Source: Amoeboradix gromovi X-113 (taxonomy: Eukaryota > Fungi > Sanchytriomycota). From it: a DNA stretch of 22,684 nucleotides. The notes under the pieces were generated by a model. That model was given only the letters and a program-made list of their open reading frames with translations. It was not told the DNA's origin and ran no database searches. The stretch lies in assembly GCA_018985225.1 (NCBI GenBank), contig JADGIF010000081.1, positions 1 through 22,684 on the forward strand, given 5' to 3'. Position numbers and translations under genes: made by a program. Within the stretch, counting starts at the first letter, position 1; each line of letters starts with the position of its first letter. Positions 1 to 10,096 of the stretch are shown here, one piece after another.

Positions 1-329
1 CTGAAAGGATCTGTAAATGACAGCCACAGTCTCTATCTAGAAGTAAATGATATCTTCTTCGGTTGCATTTATTTTAAACTAGATTTCTTTGAAATTCCAC
101 ATCTCTGTACAATTTGAATTAGTAATGCATTTACTAAATTCATTTACTTATCGTCCCTTCTCTGCATGATAAGGAGAATCGCTAATTTTTACGACTAGAA
201 GTTTCCAGTTAGACGTGCTACTGAAGCATGATGTTCAGCATGATGTTTATGCAATCACAATATATTATTCATTCAGTGAAATTATATCTGCAAGATAATA
301 GGAAAAACTCAAGCCTTGTTTGCCATCTA

Positions 330-803
330 TTAGTATTTATTCAGTTGAGACAGACACCATTTGATTGCAAGTTTCTCATCATTGTCAAACATTTGCAAGC
401 TTTTTTCTAGTAGCTGTTGATTAGCACTTGGAAAAAGATGAAGCAGTCTTGTTAATTTAACATCGTTGGTTCTTTCAATTCTTCTTTGAGGTGCTTCTGC
501 TTTTAGAAATTTATTTTTTATGTTTTTGAAAAGGTGTAATTTCAAAATTTTGTTCTTAAGTCCAGTAAATCTGCCTGAACTTTCACCTAATCCAGTGCCG
601 TAAAGCCCTAGATTCGATCTTGAGGAAAATGTATTTAAGTTTCCTTCACTTTTGAAATAAACTGACTTGTACTCTGATTGAGAATTCAAGGTCTTGGATG
701 TGTATACACTCTGTGAGTCCACTGGTACTCTTTTAATTGTTGCAGTTTTTAACGAGAAGCGAGAATCATGCTTGCTGAGATTTTGATTAGAAATTCGAGA
801 CAT
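330..803 (-). CDS. Small protein with C-terminal CUE/UBA-like ubiquitin-binding domain
   Basis: 157-aa ORF. The C-terminus LTRLLHLFPSANQQLLEKSLQMFDNDEKLAIKWCL matches the CUE pattern (hydrophobic-FP motif, then helices ending D/N-x-x-x-AI-x-x-L). Divergent from the G-alpha gene. Confidence 0.55.
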   Translation of the reverse strand: MSRISNQNLSKHDSRFSLKTATIKRVPVDSQSVYTSKTLNSQSEYKSVYFKSEGNLNTFSSRSNLGLYGTGLGESSGRFTGLKNKILKLHLFKNIKNKFLKAEAPQRRIERTNDVKLTRLLHLFPSANQQLLEKSLQMFDNDEKLAIKWCLSQLNKY

Positions 804-935
804 TCCTAGTGGCTTGACCGATTTTCAATTCTATTTTAAATTATTACTTGTTAAATTAAGTTTCTCGAGATATTATTATAATTGTAGAGGATCGTATTTC
901 TTTATGTAATTTTAATTTTTCAAAGCCACAAAATA

Positions 936-2019
936 ATGGGAAACTGTCAATCAAGCTCCGACTTTGGAGAACGTAGGGTATCTGATAAAATAGACCATGA
1001 GATTATGATATCAGCCAAAGAGTCGCGATCAAAACAGAAAGTTAAACTATTATTGCTTGGCACCGGAGAATCAGGCAAGTCAACTATAGTTAAACAAATG
1101 AAGATAATCAACATGGGCGGCTACAGTAAGGAAGAAAAGCTGAACTTCAGGCAAATAATATATAGCAACATACACAGCTCATTGATATGCTTATTTCAGG
1201 CCGCAGAGAAGTTGGACTTAAAGCTAGAGCCATCGAACAGGTCCGCATATAAAGAGGTAATTAAGAAAATAGATTCCATATTGCAAAATGAAAAAGACGT
1301 TTTTGACTCTGGGATAGCATTGAGCATTTCCAACATTTGGAAAGACCCAGCGATTGCTCAAGTGTTGCAAAGTGCTTCTTATATACCTGATAGCACGATA
1401 TAGTAGTTCTTATTAATATAGCTATATTTCAAACATAGAAAAAATTTGTAAGCCCGATTATATACCAGACGATCAAGCCATTTTAAGAAGTCGATTGCGA
1501 ACGACAGGAATATCACAGTGTGACTTCGAACTTGGTCCACTAACTGTTAGCCTGTTCGATGTAGGCGGGCAGCGAAGTGAACGTAGGAAATGGATTCATT
1601 GCTTTGAGGGAGTAACCAGCGTTATCTTCGTAGTGGCTTTTAGTGAATACAATCAAGTTTTGTTAGAAAACGACAGCATAAATAGGCTGGATGAAAGCGT
1701 CCGATTGTTTGATTCCATTGTAAATGCTAGATGGTTTTTACGGTCTAGCATTATATTCTTTATGAACAAATCCGATTTGTTTAAAGAGAAGTTGAAGACA
1801 TTTCCTTTAGAAACACTTTATCCAGACTACAATAATGGTCCCGATCCTTCGAAAGCTGGCAAGTACATTTTATCTAAATTTACAATTGTGAACCGTCAAA
1901 AACTTAAACTATATCCACATTTTACTAACGCAACTGATAGTAGTCAAATCAGAGTAGTATTTTCTGCTGTGAAAGACACCCTGCTGCAGCACACGCTCAA
2001 AGTGAATGGAATGTTCTAA
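936..2019 (+). CDS. Heterotrimeric G-protein alpha subunit, fungal group III (Gpa2/GNA-3-like); exons 936-1402 and 1422-2019, 354 aa
   Basis: MGNC lipidation motif, P-loop GTGESGKST, RTTG, DVGGQRSERRKWIHCF, NKSD, TNATD. Removing the 19-nt intron joins the two listed ORFs in frame (DSTIY|YISNIEKICKPDYIP) to a normal G-alpha length. Confidence 0.96.
1403..1421 (+). other. 19-nt spliceosomal intron GTAGTTCTTATTAATATAG
   Basis: GT..AG boundaries. Removal eliminates the stop and frameshift and restores conserved G-alpha sequence. Confidence 0.9.
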
Positions 2020-2251
2020 TAAATAATGTCACTATTCCTTGTTGGACACTACAAATGCAAAAAACTCTTGCAAGTCAATATAATCTTTGATCGGTCACAG
2101 ATATGAGTCCATATTAAGACTAATTTCTCGACTATTGCTAAGATCTTTCCAAAGAAGTTCTTTCATTTTAATCTCTTGGATGCTGTTCTACAACTAGTAG
2201 GTGGGACACTGTCTCACATTATTCCCGCATTGATGTTTAACTATAATTTTA

Positions 2252-2376
2252 CTCCTTGTTAAAATTCCTGATTTCTGAGAAAATCGAGTTTCCACAGAGA
2301 AACTAGCAATGCTAGATGCTCTATTACAGTGATTGCTCACGCTTTCACTACCCTGAGGCGGGATTGAATAAGGATG
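2252..2376 (-). ncRNA. Putative omegaRNA scaffold of copy 1 (5' boundary approximate)
   Basis: Conserved element 3' end downstream of RuvC-III with several hairpins. The position matches known TnpB/Fanzor omegaRNAs. Expression not shown. Confidence 0.6.
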
Positions 2377-2680
2377 CAGATACTTGGTATATGTTCCTTA
2401 CTGCCATATGATCTCTATCTAGCTTCAAATGACATTTTGTACAGGTTCAGGTTTCTAAATTGGTTTTCTTTAGAGTAACACACCTTGCACATGTCTGACT
2501 AGTAAATGCTTCATTACATTCGATTATCGTCTTTTCTCTTTGTTTGCATTTGAAATTCAAGCGTTCCTTGAATGTGTAATGGGACATTGTGGCCATATTT
2601 CTTGCGACCTTGCTCGACAAGCTACTTATCATTTGGCTAGTATTGAGTGACGGTAAGAATATAAGATCATATGTCTTTAT
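2259..2680 (-). pseudogene. Fanzor2 (IS607-type TnpB) C-terminal remnant
   Basis: Minus strand reads IKTYDLIFLPSLNTSQMISSLSSKVARNMATMSHYTFKERLNFKCKQREKTIIECNEAFTSQTCARCVTLKKTNLET*TCTKCHLKLDRDHMAVRNIY. Pro sits at the canonical RuvC-II Glu position, with an alternative Glu in NEAFTS, a CxxC..CxxC zinc finger and RuvC-III DRD..RNI. One internal stop and a frameshift. Confidence 0.88.
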
Positions 2681-3029
2681 ATGCTGTACCTGCTAGTTAT
2701 TTCTTTAAATTTGACACGCTCAGGATCACATCTATTTATTCCATTAACAATTAGTCAGAATGGAAAATATCGAGTATTTAAGCCGTTGAGAAAATCTGGA
2801 AAAGTCATGAAATTATATAAAAATGCATACAAATTCGCAATAAATGATTTATTCAAGAAAACAATCGAGCTGTGTATATTTGTTATAGTATCTTTTTTAC
2901 TCTGCTTAAGTATCACACTTGATAGAAGATGAGAGGGTTTGTTACTGATATGCGCTGCTTAGATGCAAAGATATCTGGGATGTTTCTTAAGATGAGATGC
3001 TCCTAATAATTATCAATAAATTTATTATC

Positions 3030-4888
3030 TCACGGCTCAAATATCATGTTAACATTTTCGATTATTGATTCTACAACTTTACATGCATGCACCAGCTCAT
3101 CCTTCTCAACCCTTACTATACTTGGACCTACTCTTATAGCCAACTGAAAAGAATTAATCTTCTTTTTTTCCGCTATTCTACATTATTTATAAATTACTTG
3201 TTTAAATTTAACATCAAAGCCTTTAATGTGCAATAGTTAGAATCAGGCAGTTTGTTTACGCAATCGTGTACTCCAATAATCCTTCTTCTGTTGTCATCTG
3301 TTTTAACTGCAGCCATAAAATCCTGGATCATATCGTTTGGAATCAATCCATCTGGTAATTCTCTGAAGAACAGCAATATCATATCGCACAAAAGCGGCAT
3401 AGGAACGTTCCTATAGTCAACCGAAGGGGCGTGCTTGTTAAGCTGATTTCTCATTGAGATAATTGCATCATGGGATTCAGTAGACTGGTATATATCTACT
3501 CTTTCATTGTATCTATCCAAAGCATTCAGCAATTCCTCTAAAAATCTGGGCAAGTTAACATCATCCCGATCACATATATATTGAAGATCTACTCCAAAGT
3601 TGGTGTATATCACATCAGACGGGGTCTCATTCATTAAGCGACTATCATTCTTTGTAACCACGTGCATTTCTTCAATATGTTCAAGAAAGTTTTTGCTGTT
3701 GTTGTTGTACGAAAATCTAATAAAATCTGCCAAATCTTTTTCTAAATTGAACTTTTGAATAATCTCTAGCACTGTGGTTTGCAAAGCACCATCCTCTCCA
3801 ATTTCAGGATCGGTAGGACTCAATTGAAAACTGGGCTCTCTGTTTAAGACCAAGTGCTCAAAATCATTTTCGATATCAGTCATAGGTCCTGCTTCATCCA
3901 AACCACCATAAATCAAGTTCTTTTGATCATTAACTTTACGAACTTCCTTCCAATACATACCCCAAGCCCATTTGTATCTGTCTGCTAACTCATTACTGAG
4001 TTCCATCATGGAATGCAAAACTTTTGGTAAGTGAATCCTATAAAAGTTTTGATAAAACGCGATTAAGGATGAAATTTCTTTCTGGTACTTCTTGGATCTA
4101 TCACCCGTTTTGTTTGCGTATTTGGATTCGACATCCTGCAAAGCATCTATGCTTGGTTTGGATCCTAAAATGTTAAATGCTGATTTTCTCTTGGTAGCTG
4201 TTCGGTTTGGTTTTCCCAATTCTTGAACAAACTGAATTCTTTTATTAATTGAATCCTCCCATTTAGAAACGTACAATTCAAATTCTTTCTTCGCGGATTC
4301 AAGCTTCTTTTCTTGATCTTTTTTTCGTTTGGTCAACTCTTCTAAAGCATTTTTTAACTGTTTTCTACTATTGTCATGATTTCCATATATTCCTTTAATG
4401 TCTTGCCCAAGCGAGTCAAAACTGTGTCCCAATTCTAGATGTAAATTTCCAATCTCTAGGTGCAACCGATCTAGATATGAAAGTTTAGTGTTCATATCTA
4501 GTATAGCATCATTGGGAACCTTCTTCTGGTCTACTGATTTTTTCATCGCGCTCATGTTTGCAGATGTTGTTTTTCCTACCATCTTTTCAACTTGTGACTG
4601 TTTCTTCAAAAATTCGGAAATTTCAGAGAGCTGAAAGATCTGATATTTAAGGTACTCCATAAGATAATCAGGGCCTTCTTTTAAGTCGCATAATAAATTG
4701 ACCAAGCCATGTTCATTGAATCCAGTTTGTAATGGCTTATTTGGGTTTCTGTTAAAGTTAACTGGCTCAATCTGCCTTTCCATTGATTTGGTTAGACTTG
4801 AGTAGCTTTCCTTTGATGCTTCGCTTTGTATGTCTACTTGTCTAGCTAACGTAGCGAAACCTAATTTTGGAATTGAGTCTAAATTCAT
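3030..4888 (-). CDS. F-BAR (FCH) + RhoGAP protein, Rgd1-like; exons 4888-3198 and 3177-3030, 612 aa
   Basis: Long coiled-coil N-terminal region (EISEFLKKQSQVEK). RhoGAP motifs FGVDL, LPRFL, LLFFRELPDGLIP, LPDSNYCTLKALM. The second exon supplies LAIRVGPSI..VVESIIEN..IF. Confidence 0.85.
3178..3197 (-). other. 20-nt spliceosomal intron GTAATTTATAAATAATGTAG
   Basis: Removal restores the missing C-terminal helices of the RhoGAP domain in frame. Confidence 0.85.
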
Positions 4889-5158
4889 CTTGACCTGACC
4901 TATTTTTCAAATTGTAAGAGGCATTGGATTTCAAACAATTTTAATCAGGTTTAAATTTAGGGCAATAGTAATCACATTAAATCGTGGTTAGTTAAACTTA
5001 CTGAAAAATTTAATAATTTCAACATGAAAAATTTCGAGTAGCAAATAATTGATCATCAATATGACCACTATTTGCGCTTTATTTCTTGTCGTCTTTCGTA
5101 ACTATAATTGACATTTACTTAAACTTTGATAGGCGACGTTACCAACTCCAAACAGAAA

Positions 5159-5938
5159 ATGCTAAATATTTTCAGAACATTCGTGTTGATTTCTTTAAGC
5201 GGATTTCTATTCTACTACTTCTCTCCAAGTGACTCTAGCATTTCTCGTAGAGCTCCTACTAATTTCATTTCACAGTGTAGTACTTTAGTTCCTAACATGG
5301 TAGCTTTGACGATTTTGGACATCGGACCGCATCTGAATGATTGGCTAGCTGCATTGAGTATCCAGCAAGTAAAGGTTACTTTCATGTTGGATCGAGCAGG
5401 ATTAGGTAATGCTGAATTAGTAAATCAGATCTTTAATGCAGGCCATAACATTGGTATTGATGCGAGATCTGAGGCATTGACAACCTCTAATATAGTATCC
5501 ACTTTGAAAGAATTGAGCAACATAGTTGGCCCAATTATCAAAAAAGCTCCAAGATTCTACACCTTGAGCGATAACAATGCCGAACAATTAGCATCTGTAG
5601 CTTTGCAAGCTGGTTTGTATGCTGTTAAACTTAACACTGGGTTTTTAAAGACTGGTGACATTGTTGCCCAGGTTGCAAATGTTCAGCTCGTTGGCGACCA
5701 AACAATTATCGGGATGGTAGACTCTACAGCAAGTCTTATAAATACTAATCAATTTTCTGGATTTTTGGCTACTTTGAGAAATTCGAAAAACAATTTGGTA
5801 TCGCTTGCGGATTGCACTCAAAAGACATCAGCTTATGATTTATGGTTTCCAAATGAGAAATCAACAGCTGCACCTACTGAAAAAAGTGGTGAGACCAAAT
5901 TTAGTGCTGGAAGTGTAAATAAATGGTTGTGGTGGTAA
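5159..5938 (+). CDS. NodB/CE4 polysaccharide (chitin) deacetylase-like protein, catalytic residues degenerate
   Basis: First ATG at 5159 with a hydrophobic N-terminus. C..PNMVALTILDIGP (for TFDDGP), KVTFML, GHNIGID (for GHxIGxH), APRFY, LVSLADC. Confidence 0.7.
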   Translation: MLNIFRTFVLISLSGFLFYYFSPSDSSISRRAPTNFISQCSTLVPNMVALTILDIGPHLNDWLAALSIQQVKVTFMLDRAGLGNAELVNQIFNAGHNIGIDARSEALTTSNIVSTLKELSNIVGPIIKKAPRFYTLSDNNAEQLASVALQAGLYAVKLNTGFLKTGDIVAQVANVQLVGDQTIIGMVDSTASLINTNQFSGFLATLRNSKNNLVSLADCTQKTSAYDLWFPNEKSTAAPTEKSGETKFSAGSVNKWLWW

Positions 5939-5977
5939 TATAAATAAATTTATGAGATTATAGAGATTTTAATTTAT

Positions 5978-6875
5978 TCACAACAAATTTAATACGCACA
6001 AGCACAGTAATATGGCGGAAAGTAGACCAGCGCTATTTTTTCCATTTCCTTTATTTTCAGGCTGGACAAATGAGTTCATGTAAGGCGGTACTCCTAGACA
6101 CTCACTCAAAGGAAGGACTTTATAATTGTAGGATTTAACAAGCTCGATATATGCTTCTATGTCTTTACGAACAAGTTTGTTCTCATCCATATGAGTATGT
6201 GCCCAAATATATTTTAAGCGGTTTCCACCAGCGACATAAGGGTCCATTGTGCTTTTGTAAGTGCCATATAAATCCGCGTTACTTTGTGTTAAATCTTGTA
6301 AGTAAACCTGCGCTTTGATGGGTAGAAAACCCATTTCCATTGCCCATTGAGAAGTTTTGACTTCTGTATCCCATGATACACCATACCTTAGTTAACAGAA
6401 ACTACTTGAAAAATACAAATTTTGGATACGAAGATCCTCCAATAAATGTCTTCATGGTCTCTGCGTATCCAGCGAGTGTTATTTTAAATGTGGTCTGATC
6501 CATATTATCCAAATCCTGAGGAAAAGATGGGAATGCTAATCCTATCTCCATACCATCTGCAACCAGCCCATCTATTTGTCCTTTTAATCCTGCCTGGCTT
6601 TCCACAGTTACAGGGTTAATAAAGAAAGTGCATTTTAGTCCACGAGAGATGCAAGCTTGCCTAAATTCATAAGTTTTGTTAAAACCAGGTCCATCTCCGA
6701 ACACTATTGACATTTGAGATATGGTATTACATTCTCTTCTAAAAAAATAGTTTGTTCCAGCTTGTCTTCTCTGAGCAGGCTTTCGAGATAGATCATTATC
6801 GCTACTCCCTCCAAATCCATAATAAGCTACTATTGCAGCAAGCAAAAAAACGGAAATTCTAAAAAGATTCAGCAT
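5978..6875 (-). CDS. NodB/CE4 deacetylase-like surface protein; exons 6875-6406 and 6386-5978, 292 aa, probable GPI signal
   Basis: SIVFGDGP, KCTFFI, GMEIGLA, PKFVFFK|YG across the intron (RPPYG-like), YKVLPLSECLG. Signal peptide and hydrophobic C-terminus. Confidence 0.75.
6387..6405 (-). other. 19-nt spliceosomal intron GTAGTTTCTGTTAACTAAG
   Basis: Joins ORFs 6402-6875 and 5978-6340 in frame. Same intron signature as the others. Confidence 0.85.
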
Positions 6876-7210
6876 TCAAATATAATGAGGCTTGGCCGGT
6901 TACGTTTACAGAAGCATCTAAAGGAGAAATTCCAAAACAAATGGGACATGCAACATGACTTATACAAAGACCTTCATAGAAATTTGATATTTTGACTGAG
7001 AACATTGGAAGACTTTCACATTTTGAAATAGTGCTAATGCTAACCTAGTAGGCATTGGTTAAAGTTGTGAACACCTTGCTACGCAGCTGCCCTGGTATCC
7101 GAATTGTACTTCATAGGCAAGAACTAGAACAACATTGTCCAACTGGGAAACGAAACGCCTGAAAAGCTTACGGTTATCCATAAAATGCAAATTATGTCCA
7201 AAACCATTTA

Positions 7211-8152
7211 CTAAATGTAGCTTATCAGCATTATAGATAGTAAAGTTTCTAATCTGTTTGAATAAGAACCATAGTCCACTTTTGTTTTTTTTGAGTTATC
7301 TGAACTGCCCGTTACTGGATCAACGCAAACAGTTGGCATTTTGAAAAAACCTGGTGATGCATTTAGGCCTGCCGGTATGGAGTTTGCTATATTAATAATT
7401 AAACTACTTGATTTCAGAGTGCTTTCTGATCCTAAGCCTACGCAGTCTGACATCTGTACAACAGCGTACCCCGAGGCCGCAGCAGCATCTAATATCTGAT
7501 TGACAGCATTACTATCAATCGAATTAGTATCCGAATCTTCAATGCTAAACACATAACCAGCTCCACTGCTCATGTAGCTAGTCATAATGGCTATATCTTC
7601 TGTTTTTTGTAAATCGCCATTTCCCTTTGTGTTTTGTATGACGACAAATCCCATAGCATTAGCTATCTGAATCATGGGAGTCAAATCAACCAAACATATA
7701 TCTTTTGAGATATTTGGAATTCTTATAAACTTTGGCCATTGCCCTGCAAAATTCAATGCAACGGACACCTTGTCTGCATATTGCTTCAAGTAGTTGGCAA
7801 AATCTTGGGCGCTCATGGCAGCAATATCCTCAGGCCACAGTGGTATCTGCATTCCGACAATTTGATTTTTACTAAACGCATCATTAACTGCAGCCTTGTT
7901 CTCCAGATTTAACATATTCGGATTGACCATAAACGTAGCCTTTTCTTTTTTCAGCTGGAAGGAGTTCAATATAGAACCTGTCTTCGATGACGGGCCCCAA
8001 GTAGTCATGAAAGATACAGTTTTTGGTTTAGTGCACTGATTAAACATTCTTAACGCCTGCCTTTGCTCTTGTCCCGTCGAACTTCCTTCGTTAGATGTCA
8101 TGTAAGAAACGATGACTAAAATAGCTGTTAAAGTTTTTAAATTGTCAAACAT
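7211..8152 (-). CDS. NodB/CE4 deacetylase-like surface protein, catalytic residues degenerate
   Basis: CTKPKTVSFMTTWGPS, KATFMVNP, IVGMQ, PKFIRIP, GYAVVQMSDCVG. Signal peptide and hydrophobic tail. Paralog of the adjacent gene. Confidence 0.72.
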   Translation of the reverse strand: MFDNLKTLTAILVIVSYMTSNEGSSTGQEQRQALRMFNQCTKPKTVSFMTTWGPSSKTGSILNSFQLKKEKATFMVNPNMLNLENKAAVNDAFSKNQIVGMQIPLWPEDIAAMSAQDFANYLKQYADKVSVALNFAGQWPKFIRIPNISKDICLVDLTPMIQIANAMGFVVIQNTKGNGDLQKTEDIAIMTSYMSSGAGYVFSIEDSDTNSIDSNAVNQILDAAAASGYAVVQMSDCVGLGSESTLKSSSLIINIANSIPAGLNASPGFFKMPTVCVDPVTGSSDNSKKTKVDYGSYSNRLETLLSIMLISYI

Positions 8153-8367
8153 GGCTGAATGGGTTATTATCTCGAAAAATCAATTTTATTTATAAATGTT
8201 TAAAGAAAGAGATTGATACTAGTGATTATTTTTCGTCTTGTGAGGTTCTGGTATTAAAATCAAATCGTGCTTTATTGATCTAGTTTTTTCGTCGAAGTGC
8301 CTCTTTTTGTTTTCTGGGTGAGACTCTCGCATTTAAAATAATCACTTTTACGGAAGATCTGGAAATA

Positions 8368-8715
8368 TCAAATGACTCTTGGATTACCTCTAAATGGTGG
8401 ATCCACACTGTCCAAAATGGAAGAAATCTCAAAATTGCCTTGCACAAGCGACATAATGTCATGCTTTATCTGGGCTAGAACATCAGTCAGGTCAAATTCA
8501 AATCTGACAACAGATCCAGATTCAATAACATCTGCAAATTCAGTAAACAAACGTTTTGATTCATTTGGCAAATGTTTCACAGCTTCGCAATTACCAAAAT
8601 TAAGTTGCTTTGCACATTTTAGCAACTCCATTTGAAGATCTTGAGTCATCAAAGACTCTAGGCTCTCAGTACTGATTCCAGAAATAACAGATAAAAGCAG
8701 AACTTGGATAAGCAT
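8368..8715 (-). CDS. Small hypothetical secreted protein
   Basis: ATG at 8715 gives the signal-peptide-like start MLIQVLLLSVISG. No recognisable domain; 3' end uncertain. Confidence 0.4.
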   Translation of the reverse strand: MLIQVLLLSVISGISTESLESLMTQDLQMELLKCAKQLNFGNCEAVKHLPNESKRLFTEFADVIESGSVVRFEFDLTDVLAQIKHDIMSLVQGNFEISSILDSVDPPFRGNPRVI

Positions 8716-9436
8716 ATTTTTGTATGGATGTGTTAAGATTATATAACCCCCAATCACTTAATATATTCGGCCATATTACGGGATTGAACTGTGATTCTAG
8801 CAAACTTGTTGCACCATCACTAATGCCAACAGTGTGATTACATGATGAGCCACTGGTATCAAAAGTTATGGTACTAAAATTTAACTCTCAAAATCCTCGA
8901 TTTAACATAGTCAAATATCTTTATTTTCTTCTCATGCCGTATCCAACAGGAAGTCATAGTTTGCGAAACATCCACAGGGAATAAGTGTCTGTGCAACTAC
9001 TAGCCAAAAATATCTCTAAATCTGTATTGTAATTATTAGAAATGCTGGCGATTAGAACCTAAATAAATCTGTTGCGTAGTTATTGAAGATGACTAAAATA
9101 CAGTAGAGCGCTAATGCTATTATAAATAGTAGCTCGAACAATGGCCTATGTTGTAGGCAAGAAATTTAAAAAAATGTTAGGAGATAAGCTCATTTTGCAT
9201 TTCAAAATTGCTTGATGCAGTGATTTTACACGTGCAAAAAAATTCTGGCTAAATTATATCACTTTACTGATCTGCACAGGAAGCGAATACAATATGTGAA
9301 GCGCAACCCGATATAAGAGTTCTTTTGAAATTCAAGCGAATGATTCTTGACACCCAAGTGCTAATAAATAATTTTCAGGTTACATAGGCTTCGAACGTCA
9401 AAATAGATGCCAATTATTGCGACTCAGATCTTTCTA

Positions 9437-9563
9437 CTCCTCATTAAAAGTTCTGATTTCCGACAAAATCGAGAATTTCCAGAGAGAAGCTAGCAATGCT
9501 AGATGCTCTATAACAGTGATTGCTCGCGCTTTTACTACCCTGAGGTGAGATTGAACAAGGATG
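9437..9563 (-). ncRNA. Putative omegaRNA scaffold of copy 2
   Basis: Homologous structured 3' end. Confidence 0.5.
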
Positions 9564-9912
9564 CATATACTTGATGTATATATTCCTTGCTGCCATATGA
9601 TCTCTACTGTTGTACAAGTGGTAAGACCATTCACATACGAATTATTAAATAAATGGTTCGCAGGTTTATTTATCTTTGATTTCTTTCTAGGCATTGAAAG
9701 ATATCAAATTCTTCCGTGCTTGGACCAGCTCTCTCAGAGTTGATGAACGTATGCTGTACCTATTAGTTATTTCTTTAGATTCCATTTACCATTTGTGAAA
9801 AGGAAGAATATCGAGTATTTGAGGTATCGGAAAAATATGGAAAACTCATGCAATTATGTAAAAATACATAAAAACTCTCGATAAATGATTTATATTTTAC
9901 AAAACTTAATAG
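9437..9912 (-). mobile_element. IS607/Fanzor2 non-autonomous element, copy 2 (left end diverged)
   Basis: Colinear with copies 3 and 5. Right end TTTTAATGAGGAG. Terminal ~20 nt of the left end degenerate, preceded by TCAG. Confidence 0.85.
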
Positions 9913-10096
9913 CTGATTGATATTTCAAGCCGAATCTCATGAAAAGGTACCAAGTTGGAGCACCAACAAAAACGCTTGCGATGGTCATATGTATGGAGTC
10001 ATGTGGAGGGAATACGTCATTTACAACCAATTGGATCGTTAGAAAACAACTCAAAACTCGATGCTTGAAAATATACTTTGAGTGATTTTTGATAGG

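Larger units (their letters stand above)
2252..2869 (-). mobile_element. IS607/Fanzor2 non-autonomous element, copy 1 (618 bp; retains the longest Fanzor2 segment)
   Basis: Ends shared with four other copies (left end CTCGATTGTTTTCTTGAATAAATC, right end TTTTAACAAGGAG), preceded by ACAG. Internally, a TnpA N-terminal remnant is joined to the Fanzor2 RuvC-II/zinc finger/RuvC-III. Confidence 0.9.

Noticed and set aside
1-329. Possible gene or alternative genetic code (frames with TAA/TAG interruptions)
   Set aside because: Conserved genes here end in TAA and have no internal TAA/TAG. No product is recognisable, so this is probably decayed sequence.
2681-2932. Listed ORFs overlapping the repeats (2681-2932, 9434-9694, 9561-9743, 15416-15619, 21153-21413) as genes
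   Set aside because: They are antisense or off-frame readings of the transposon remnants.
7178-7188. CCATAAAATGC matches the first 11 nt of the copy-5 guide
   Set aside because: Short, AT-rich and not preceded by ACAG; expected by chance.
8359-8376. Possible 18-nt intron extending the 8715 gene
   Set aside because: Lacks the GTARTT donor and the TAAY branch signature shared by the four supported introns.
9324-9338. 15-nt match TTTGAAATTCAAGCG to Fanzor copy 1 (2549-2563)
   Set aside because: No extension on either side; compatible with chance in an AT-rich window.
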